From contig JAZSLQ010000089.1 of assembly GCA_045535455.1 (NCBI GenBank), positions 1 through 59,250 on the forward strand: a stretch of 59,250 nt of DNA, in the 5' to 3' direction. Under the pieces are notes generated by a model. That model did not search any database. It had not been told where the DNA came from and saw only the letters and a program-made list of their open reading frames with translations. Below are positions 52,113 through 59,250 of this stretch, piece by piece (the first letter of the stretch is position 1; each line of letters begins with the position of its first letter). A program made the translations under genes and the position numbers. The DNA is from Kiritimatiellia bacterium (lineage in GTDB: Bacteria; Verrucomicrobiota; Kiritimatiellia; RFP12; UBA1067).

Positions 52113-53780
52113 ATGACAAGCAACGACGAGTATGTAATTCAAATCCTGGTCGAAAGGGGGTTCCTGACCCAAGACCAGGTAGATGCCGCCGCTAAGTCGA
52201 TGAAGGCCGAGAACGAGACGACTCTCGACGTCCTCGTCTCGGGCGGCACAATCGGCGAGGACGAGGTCCTCGGCACGGTTGCCGACCAGTTCGGCCTCAA
52301 GTACTGCCACGTCAACGCGGATGCGATCAACCCAGAGGTCGTCAAGGCGATCCCAGCGGAGATCGCCAAAAAGTACGGCGTTGTGCCGGTTGTGGCGGGC
52401 GAGGACTCGATTACCGTCGCGCTCTCCGACCCGATGGGCTACGACGCAATCGACTCGCTTCGCTATGTCCTCCACGGGATCGACGTCCAGGCCGTCGTTT
52501 CGCCACGCGCCGAGGTGCGTGCCGCGATGGCCAAGATCTACGCCGAGGACGAGAATGCCGACGTTCAGACGCGCGGCGAGGACGATGGGTCGGCAGGTGC
52601 CGACGAGGGCGACGATTCCGCGGTCGTCAAGCTCGCCAACCTCATCATCACGACGGCGATCAAGATGAAGGCGTCCGATATCCACATCGAGCCGATGGAG
52701 AAGGAGTTCCGCGTCCGCTACCGCATCGACGGTGCGCTCCGCAAGATGGACTCGCCGCCGAAACGACTTCAGGGCGCGATAATCTCGCGCATCAAGATCA
52801 TGTCGAAGATGAAGATCTCGGAGAAGCGCATCCCGCAGGACGGGCGCATCCAGATCACCGTAGGCGGCAAGGATCTCGACCTTCGCGTCTCGTCTGTGCC
52901 GACGAACCATGGCGAGTCGATCGTCATGCGAATTCTCGACAAGACGAACCTTTCCCTGGGCCTCCCGCAGCTCGGCTTCTTGACCGACGACCAGGCGACG
53001 TTCGAGCGCCTCATCAAGCTTCCAGACGGCGTCGTGCTCGTGACGGGGCCTACTGGCTCGGGAAAGACGACTACGCTCTACGCCTGCCTTGGGCAGATCA
53101 ACACGCCTGACAAGAAGCTCATCACGGTCGAGGATCCTGTCGAATACCAGATGTCGGGCATCAACCAGGTGCAGGTGAACAAGGACGTCGGTCTCGACTT
53201 CTCGGCGGCTCTCCGCTCGATTCTCCGTCAGGCGCCGAACATCGTCATGATCGGCGAGATTCGTGATGCCGAGACTGCAGACATCGCGATGGAAGCCGCG
53301 CTTACGGGCCACCTCGTATTCTCGACTCTGCACACGAACGACGCGCCTTCCGCCGTTACCCGTCTTCTCGACATCGGCGTCAAGCCCTTCCTCGTCGCGT
53401 CTGCGCTCCGCGCCGCGATGGCCCAGCGACTCGTCCGCGCGATCTGCGAGAACTGCAAGGAGTCGTACGTGCCGACCGAGCGCGAGCTCAAGATGCTTGG
53501 CACGATGTCGAAGACCGTCCCCGAGCGCATGTACCACGGCGCGGGCTGCGACAAGTGCGGGCGTTCCGGCTACAAGGGGCGAAAGGGCATCTTCGAGATC
53601 TTCAAGGTCGACGACACGATCCAGCGCCTAATCTTCGACCACGCGCCTGCGACGCTTCTTCGTCAGCGCGCCCGCGAGATGGGCATGCGCACGCTTCGCG
53701 AGGACGGCATGCTCAAGGTCGCGAGCGGCATGACGAGCTTGCAGGAAGTCCTGCGCGTCACGATGGGCGACGCGGATTGA
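52113..53780 (+). CDS. pilB: PilB/GspE family assembly ATPase (copy 1)
   Basis: 'ASDIHIEP', Walker A 'GPTGSGKTTTLY', 'LRQAPN..MIGEIRD' and a tetra-Cys zinc motif. ATG 52113 preferred over 52089. Confidence 0.93.
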   Translation: MTSNDEYVIQILVERGFLTQDQVDAAAKSMKAENETTLDVLVSGGTIGEDEVLGTVADQFGLKYCHVNADAINPEVVKAIPAEIAKKYGVVPVVAGEDSITVALSDPMGYDAIDSLRYVLHGIDVQAVVSPRAEVRAAMAKIYAEDENADVQTRGEDDGSAGADEGDDSAVVKLANLIITTAIKMKASDIHIEPMEKEFRVRYRIDGALRKMDSPPKRLQGAIISRIKIMSKMKISEKRIPQDGRIQITVGGKDLDLRVSSVPTNHGESIVMRILDKTNLSLGLPQLGFLTDDQATFERLIKLPDGVVLVTGPTGSGKTTTLYACLGQINTPDKKLITVEDPVEYQMSGINQVQVNKDVGLDFSAALRSILRQAPNIVMIGEIRDAETADIAMEAALTGHLVFSTLHTNDAPSAVTRLLDIGVKPFLVASALRAAMAQRLVRAICENCKESYVPTERELKMLGTMSKTVPERMYHGAGCDKCGRSGYKGRKGIFEIFKVDDTIQRLIFDHAPATLLRQRAREMGMRTLREDGMLKVASGMTSLQEVLRVTMGDAD

Positions 53781-53782
53781 TA

Positions 53783-53831
53783 GGAGTCAGGGGTCAGTAG
53801 TCGGGGGTCAGTAGTCAGGAGTCAGTAGTAG
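53783..53831 (+). repeat. 7-mer tandem array (gRRgtca/gtagtca x7)
   Basis: ggagtca ggggtca gtagtcg ggggtca gtagtca ggagtca gtagtag. Confidence 0.85.
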
Positions 53832-53855
53832 AATTTAAAAAAGGAGAGATTTGAG

Positions 53856-54938
53856 ATGGACGTACACATGAACGAGCTTCTTCAGGCCACCATCGACGAA
53901 GGTGGTTCCGACCTCCATATCCGCGCGTACATGCCGCCGGAGCTTCGTGTCCACGGCGAGTTGTGCCCGCTCTCCGACGAGACGCTTACCGAGGAAGACG
54001 CCTACAACCTTGTGAGGGAAATCTCGACCGACGAGCAGATGGAGGAAGTCGAGAAGAACGGTGGTGCAGACTTCGCCCTTGCGCACCCCGACGGAACGCG
54101 TTTCCGTGTCTCGATCTTCAAGGAAAGGAAGCGCTACGGCGCGGTCTTGCGCCAGATTCCGTCGAAGCTCCTGACCCTGGAGCAGATCGGCATCCCGCCG
54201 ACCGTAAAGGAACTTCTCTTCAAGCCGCGCGGTCTTATCCTCGTCACCGGCCCGACGGGCTCGGGCAAGTCGACGACGCTTGCCTCGATGCTCAACGTCA
54301 TCAACCACGAGCGCGGCGTCCACATCATCACGATCGAAGACCCGATCGAATTCTACCACACGTCCGCTAAGTCGCTCATCACGCAGCGCGAAGTGGGCGA
54401 CGACGTGCCGAGCTTCGCGGAGGCGATCCGCCGCGCGCTACGTCAGGACCCCGACGTGATTCTCGTCGGCGAAATGCGCGACCTCGAGACGATTGCCGCG
54501 GCCATTACCGCCGCCGAAACCGGCCACTTGGTCTTCGGAACCCTGCACACGACAGGCGCCGCAGAGACGATCGACCGTATCGTCGACGCGTTCCCGACGA
54601 ACCAGCAGGAGCAGGTGAGAACCCAGCTCGCGGCAGGCCTCCAGGCCGTCATCTCCCAGATACTCCTCCCGAAGCTTGACGCGAACGGCGAGGTGCACGG
54701 GCGCGTCGCGGCGTTCGAGATCATGACGTCCACAGATGCGATCCGCTCGAGAATCCGCGACAACAAGACGAACATGATCAAGTCTGACCTCCAGACTGGC
54801 GCGAAGTTCGGCATGATGACGCTCGACGCGTCGCTGACGAACCTCTACAAGGAAGGGCTCATCTCCTACGAAGAGCTCATCACCAAGTCTCAGGATCCCG
54901 ACTCCGTCGTCGCCAAGCTCAAGGAGGAGATGGCGTAG
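53856..54938 (+). CDS. pilT: Type IV pilus retraction ATPase
   Basis: 'SDLHI', 'GPTGSGKSTTLA', 'IEDPIEF', 'ALRQDPD', 'TLHT' and 'AIRSRIR' motifs. Confidence 0.95.
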   Translation: MDVHMNELLQATIDEGGSDLHIRAYMPPELRVHGELCPLSDETLTEEDAYNLVREISTDEQMEEVEKNGGADFALAHPDGTRFRVSIFKERKRYGAVLRQIPSKLLTLEQIGIPPTVKELLFKPRGLILVTGPTGSGKSTTLASMLNVINHERGVHIITIEDPIEFYHTSAKSLITQREVGDDVPSFAEAIRRALRQDPDVILVGEMRDLETIAAAITAAETGHLVFGTLHTTGAAETIDRIVDAFPTNQQEQVRTQLAAGLQAVISQILLPKLDANGEVHGRVAAFEIMTSTDAIRSRIRDNKTNMIKSDLQTGAKFGMMTLDASLTNLYKEGLISYEELITKSQDPDSVVAKLKEEMA

Positions 54939-54940
54939 AG

Positions 54941-56632
54941 ATGAACGACCCGATTCTCCAGATTCTCGTCCAGAACGGCTATCTCGACGAGGCGTCCGCC
55001 CAGGAGCTCGCAGACACCGCGAAGTCCGAGGGCAAGTCGATTCGGCAGGCGGTCCTCGACCAGGAGATACTCACCGAGGACGACCTTCTCGGCGTTCTCG
55101 CCGCCTACCAGGACACCGAGGCGATAGACCTTGGCGGGATGACGATAGACACCGAGGTCACCGAGGCGATCCCCGCTTCGACGGCCCGCATGTACAACGT
55201 CTTTCCAGTGGCGGCCGACGAATCGTCGGTGACGCTCGCGACCTTTGAGCTTGTCGATCCGCGCATTGCCGACGAGATGCTCTTCACGCTCTCGAAGGAG
55301 GTGAAGTTCGTCTTCGCCCGCGAAAAGGACGTGATGGACCGCATCGCCCAGTACTACGGCGACGCGAACGACTCTGTCGCGGACATGATCAAGTCCCTCG
55401 GCGAGGGGCTCGGCGACGACGAGGGGCTTGCCTCGGCGAACGTCAACGACATCGCGTCGATGGAGAACGCGGCGAATTCGTCGGCGATCATCCGCTTTGT
55501 AAACCTCATTCTCTACCAGGGCGTAGTCGATCGCGCGTCGGACATCCACGTCGAGCCGTTCGAGAACGACTTCAAGATACGCTACCGCGTCGACGGCGCG
55601 CTTTACGAGATGAAGGCGCCCGACGTCAAGATGGCTCCCGCGATCATCTCGCGCATCAAGATCCTCTCCAACCTCAACATCGCCGAGCGCCGCATCCCCC
55701 AGGACGGACGAATCGCGCTCACCGTCGCGGGAAGGCCCGTGGACCTCCGTGTCTCATGCCTCCCTACCGCGCACGGCGAGTCGGTCGTAATGCGAATCCT
55801 CGACCAGTCCGCGACCTCGCTCGATCTTGAGAACGTGGGGCTTCCAGAGGACGTCTATGAGCAGATCACGATGGACGTCGAAAAGCCCAACGGCATCTTC
55901 ATCGTGACGGGACCGACCGGCTCTGGCAAGACTACGACGCTCTACTCCATTCTTCGCCGCATCAACCAGATCGACACGAAGCTTCTTACAGCCGAGGAGC
56001 CAGTAGAATACAACGTGGACGGCATTGTGCAGGTGCCGATCGACCCGAAGGTCGGCAACACGTTTGCGAAGGTCCTGCGAGCGTTCCTGCGACAAGACCC
56101 AGACGTGATGATGATTGGCGAGATCCGCGACCTTGAGACGGCTGAAATCGCGATTCAGGCCGCGCTTACGGGTCACTTCGTATTTTCGACGCTGCACACC
56201 AACGACGCCGCAGGCGCCGTCACGCGCTTCGTTGACATGAACGTTGCGCCGTATCTTCTCTCGTCGACGCTTGAAGGCGTGCTTGGCCAGCGTCTTGTGC
56301 GTACTTGCTGCCGCGAGTGCCGCGAGGCCTATGAACCGGACGACGAGACGCTGGAGCGCATTTCCATGACGCGCGACCAGATAGGCGGGCGTCCGTTCTA
56401 CTTTGGCCGCGGCTGCAAAACATGCAATGGTACCGGTTACAAGGGGCGCAAGGCCGTCGTGGAGTATTTGCGCATATCGAATCCGCTCCGCGAGTTGATC
56501 AACAGCCGTGCGCCGACGCTCCTTTTGCAGGAGAAGGCGCGCGAGCTTGGAATGCGCACGATGCGTGAGCACGGCATACAGGCGATTCTCGACGGATACA
56601 CGACCGTTGACGAGGTGCTGAGGTACACGTGA
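54941..56632 (+). CDS. pilB: PilB/GspE family assembly ATPase (copy 2)
   Basis: 'ASDIHVEP', 'GPTGSGKTTTLY', 'LRQDPD' and CxxC...CxxC motifs. Confidence 0.93.
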   Translation: MNDPILQILVQNGYLDEASAQELADTAKSEGKSIRQAVLDQEILTEDDLLGVLAAYQDTEAIDLGGMTIDTEVTEAIPASTARMYNVFPVAADESSVTLATFELVDPRIADEMLFTLSKEVKFVFAREKDVMDRIAQYYGDANDSVADMIKSLGEGLGDDEGLASANVNDIASMENAANSSAIIRFVNLILYQGVVDRASDIHVEPFENDFKIRYRVDGALYEMKAPDVKMAPAIISRIKILSNLNIAERRIPQDGRIALTVAGRPVDLRVSCLPTAHGESVVMRILDQSATSLDLENVGLPEDVYEQITMDVEKPNGIFIVTGPTGSGKTTTLYSILRRINQIDTKLLTAEEPVEYNVDGIVQVPIDPKVGNTFAKVLRAFLRQDPDVMMIGEIRDLETAEIAIQAALTGHFVFSTLHTNDAAGAVTRFVDMNVAPYLLSSTLEGVLGQRLVRTCCRECREAYEPDDETLERISMTRDQIGGRPFYFGRGCKTCNGTGYKGRKAVVEYLRISNPLRELINSRAPTLLLQEKARELGMRTMREHGIQAILDGYTTVDEVLRYT

Positions 56633-56633
56633 T

Positions 56634-56794
56634 AGAGTTTAAAGTTCAAAGTTTAAAGTTGAAAGTTGTGGTGGGTGGATAGTTGGAGTTGTGAGTTGGA
56701 GTTGGAGAGTGGAATGGTAAAATCTCCTTCTTGGGTTTTGCACATTGCACATTGAACATTGCACATTGCACATTGAACTTTGAACATTGAACTT
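56634..56794. repeat. Composite 7-mer-arm element containing an extended -10 box
   Basis: aaagttN array 56634-56668; gagttg units about 56680-56710; TGGTAAAAT at 56715-56723; tgMacWt x8 at 56739-56794. Confidence 0.85.
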
Positions 56795-56804
56795 CCAATT
56801 GATC

Positions 56805-57032
56805 ATGGGAGACTTGATCATAGTAATATTGGTTATTGCGCTGCTGGGCGCTGCGGCGGCGCTTGCGACTCCGCCTGGCCGTCTTCCGCTTGCGCTTCGC
56901 GGCGTCTACCGCATTCTCAAAAAGGACCGCGGCGAATGTGCCGCGCCGCCAGCTGCGGGACCGGCACCACTTTGGCGGCGCATCCTCGCATTTATTCTTG
57001 TGCTTATCGCTGCGGCGTTGGTCTTTGCCTGA
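56805..57032 (+). CDS. Small membrane protein (75 aa, two TM helices)
   Basis: Two hydrophobic segments; ATG 56805; stop 1 nt before the next ATG. Confidence 0.65.
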   Translation: MGDLIIVILVIALLGAAAALATPPGRLPLALRGVYRILKKDRGECAAPPAAGPAPLWRRILAFILVLIAAALVFA

Positions 57033-57033
57033 C

Positions 57034-57345
57034 ATGGAGACCGTCGATATCCTTGGTTTTCGCGCGAAGGTCGCGCGAACGTTCCGAGAGCGGGCGCGCG
57101 GGCTCATCGGCACGAAGGCCCTCGCCCCCGGAGAAGGGCTCCTCATCGAGAAGTGCAACGCGATACACACTTTTTTTATGTCGTTTCCAATTGATGCGTA
57201 CTTCCTCGACGGTGAAAATCGCGTAATAAAAGCGGTTAAAATGGTCCGTCCGTGGAGTTTTCTCGTCTGGGGCGGCTGGCGCGCGAAGAAGGTCCTCGAG
57301 GTCGCCGCCTGTTCGGACGCCAAGATTTCATCCGCTCCATGTTGA
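57034..57345 (+). CDS. DUF192 family protein
   Basis: 'ARTFRERARGL', 'EGLLI..CNAIHTFFM.FPID..FLD' motifs. Confidence 0.88.
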   Translation: METVDILGFRAKVARTFRERARGLIGTKALAPGEGLLIEKCNAIHTFFMSFPIDAYFLDGENRVIKAVKMVRPWSFLVWGGWRAKKVLEVAACSDAKISSAPC

Positions 57346-57403
57346 CTATCAACGCAATTTTCGGTAAAATTACACCTAATAAACCTCAATAGGAGTATAC
57401 TAA

Positions 57404-58705
57404 ATGAGCGAGCAGCAGCAAAAGGGCGGCAATGTCGCGGCTATAGCCACGATGTTTGCCTTGTTTTTCATGATTGCGTTTGTGACGAACTTCGCAAGCC
57501 CGATGGGCGTCATTGCGAAGAACCAGTTCAATGCGTCAAACGCGCTTTCGCAGCTTGGCAACGCTGCGAACTTCATCGCCTATCTCTTTATGGGGATTCC
57601 CGGCGGCCTGATCCTGAAGCGCAAGGGCTATAAGTTCACCGCTCTCGCTGCCATCGCAGTTGGATTCGCCGGGGTGGGCGTGCAGCTCCTCTCGGGATAT
57701 GTCGGCTCGTTCGCCGTTTACGTTCTCGGTGCGTTTATCGCGGGCTTTTCGATGTGCATGCTCAACCTCGTCGTCAATCCCATGCTCAATACGCTCGGTG
57801 GCGAAGGCAAGAAGGGCAACCAGCTCGTGCAGTTCGGTTGCTCGCTTAACTCCGTCGGCGCGACGCTGTCGCCGGCCGTACTCGGTTGGCTTATCGGCGA
57901 GGTTACGAAGGATACCAACTTCTTGAAGGCGGCTCCCGCACTGATGATTGCGATGGGCATTTTCGCGGTTGCCTTCGTCGTCGTCGCGCTTTCCAGGATT
58001 CCCGAGCCTCACATGGAGACGGCCGAGGAGAAGGCCGTGCGCCTTTCGGGCGGCTCGTCTGTCGTACGTGACATCGTAGAGACGCTCAAGTTCCGCCATT
58101 TCACTTTTGGCGCACTTGCCATCTTCTTCTACATCGTCATCGAGGTCGGCGTTCCGTCGATGGGTATGCTCTACATGACTGACTGCGTCAAGGACGCGGC
58201 GGGCGAGATTGTCTCCAAGGGTCCTGGCTACGTCGGCGGCGCGGTGGCCGGCGCAGTGTGCGGCGCGTACTGGTTCCTCATGATGTGCGGCCGTCTTCTC
58301 GGCGGCGTTATCGGCGGCAAGGTCTCTTCGCGTGTCCAGGTGACGTTCCTCGCGACGCTCGGCATTGCGCTGCTTGTAGCAGCCATGTTCTCGCCCGTCA
58401 AGATGATTACGCTCTTCAGCTACCAGTTCCCGCTTTCGATGGCGTTTGTCGTCGCCGTGGGCATCTGCACGTCCGTTATGTGGGGCGGTATCTTCAACAT
58501 GGCGGCCGAGGGTCTCGGCAAGTATGTTCCGATGGGCTCGGGCATCTTCATGGCCATGGTGTTCGGCGGCATACTCATCCCCGTCCAGGGATTCCTCGCG
58601 GACAAGGTGGGCATCCTCAGCAGCTACTGGCTGTCGATCGCTCTCCTCGCCTACGTCCTCGTCTATGCGCTTGTTCTGTCCAAGCCCACGAAGAGGGCAG
58701 AGTAA
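57404..58705 (+). CDS. MFS sugar permease (FucP/GluP family)
   Basis: About 12 TM helices; 'ANFIAYLFMGIP', 'NLVVNP', 'FFYIVIEVG' and 'SVMWGGIF'; TAGGAG RBS; promoter TTGACT (57342-57347) / TAAAAT (57366-57371). Confidence 0.9.
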   Translation: MSEQQQKGGNVAAIATMFALFFMIAFVTNFASPMGVIAKNQFNASNALSQLGNAANFIAYLFMGIPGGLILKRKGYKFTALAAIAVGFAGVGVQLLSGYVGSFAVYVLGAFIAGFSMCMLNLVVNPMLNTLGGEGKKGNQLVQFGCSLNSVGATLSPAVLGWLIGEVTKDTNFLKAAPALMIAMGIFAVAFVVVALSRIPEPHMETAEEKAVRLSGGSSVVRDIVETLKFRHFTFGALAIFFYIVIEVGVPSMGMLYMTDCVKDAAGEIVSKGPGYVGGAVAGAVCGAYWFLMMCGRLLGGVIGGKVSSRVQVTFLATLGIALLVAAMFSPVKMITLFSYQFPLSMAFVVAVGICTSVMWGGIFNMAAEGLGKYVPMGSGIFMAMVFGGILIPVQGFLADKVGILSSYWLSIALLAYVLVYALVLSKPTKRAE

Positions 58706-58750
58706 GCATCGCGTCAATTAGTCATAAATCTTAAAATAGGAACACCGTAT

Positions 58751-59250
58751 ATGCAGAACAAGGAAGTCTACGACGAACTGGTGGCGAAGTTCGAGAAGAT
58801 GTATGGCGAGAAGCCGCAGGTCGTCGCGTACGCACCTGGGCGTATCGAGGTCCTCGGCAACCACACCGACTACAACGAGGGCTACGTCTTTTCCGCAGCC
58901 ATCGACAAGGGGACGTTCTTCGCCGTTTCGCCGACTGCCGACGAAAGCTGCGAGCTCACCGCCGGCGACTTCATGGAGACGGCGAAGTTCACCATCGGCA
59001 CCGTCGCCCCTGCGAAGGAAATGACGTGGCAGAACTACGTCACCGGCACCTTCAACTGGCTCTTCGACGGCAATCCCGCCGCCGCGAAGCACGGCTGGAA
59101 GGCGATGTTCCTCGGCAACATTCCTCTTGGCGCGGGGCTTTCCTCGTCCGCCGCGCTTGAGATGTGCACCGTGCTCGCGCTCTCCAAGATCTACGGCATC
59201 GAGAAGGACAGGACGACTCTCGCCAAGATCGGCCAGAAGGCCGAGCACAC
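58751..59250 (+). CDS. galK: Galactokinase, 3'-partial
   Basis: ATG 58751 reads MQNKEVYDELV...APGRIEVLGNHTDYNEG...W.NY...IPLGAGLSSSAA...AEH and runs off the window. Not in the ORF track. Confidence 0.9.
   Translation, partial: MQNKEVYDELVAKFEKMYGEKPQVVAYAPGRIEVLGNHTDYNEGYVFSAAIDKGTFFAVSPTADESCELTAGDFMETAKFTIGTVAPAKEMTWQNYVTGTFNWLFDGNPAAAKHGWKAMFLGNIPLGAGLSSSAALEMCTVLALSKIYGIEKDRTTLAKIGQKAEH

Noticed and set aside
56437-56821. Minus-strand ORFs such as MNFKL... and MIKSPMINWKFNVQSSMCNVQ...
   Set aside because: They are translations of the 7-mer arrays and of pilB antisense DNA.
1-59250. tRNA, rRNA, tmRNA, transposase, integrase or T3SS apparatus genes
   Set aside because: No cloverleaf or rRNA signatures are visible in the intergenic gaps, and no ORF has DDE, HUH, RHRY or Sct motifs.

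Overview
A GC-rich bacterial chromosomal window. The prepilin-like gene set with an H-X9-DG protein and the protein styles suggest a Kiritimatiellae/PVC-type organism (inference only). All credible genes lie on the + strand except one (39193-40164). 1-18.2 kb is an accessory hotspot: two unrelated AbiEi/AbiEii type IV toxin-antitoxin pairs, three Fic genes, gene remnants (a 3-methyladenine glycosylase tail and an internally deleted lipocalin), a 1836-aa double-GH18 protein, sanA, a Na+/alanine symporter and an Ogt fusion. Core blocks follow: sod, tig-clpP-clpX-panD-CPA2/EIIA-mnmE; pilC plus nine prepilin-like genes; a NarL-type regulator, tatD and thiD; murF-bioD-bioA-bioW/bioF fusion; two CesT-like chaperones; a STAS/SBP/PP2C-HATPase module; speE-speB; pilB-pilT-pilB; DUF192, an MFS sugar permease and a partial galK. 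I saw no rRNA, tRNA, CRISPR array, transposase or integrase. The strongest unexplained structures are three. (1) A symmetric four-site, 32-bp-spaced operator-like layout sits upstream of two paralogous HTH-Fic genes, with identical geometry but different sequence; the 32-bp spacing recurs at a third, unrelated Fic gene. (2) Many 7/8/9-mer tandem-repeat arms, often in inverted pairs, sit at gene junctions, supply stop codons and lie in frame inside clpX, mnmE and tatD. (3) A ~28-bp motif occurs in five copies, two of which directly bracket most of the only minus-strand gene.
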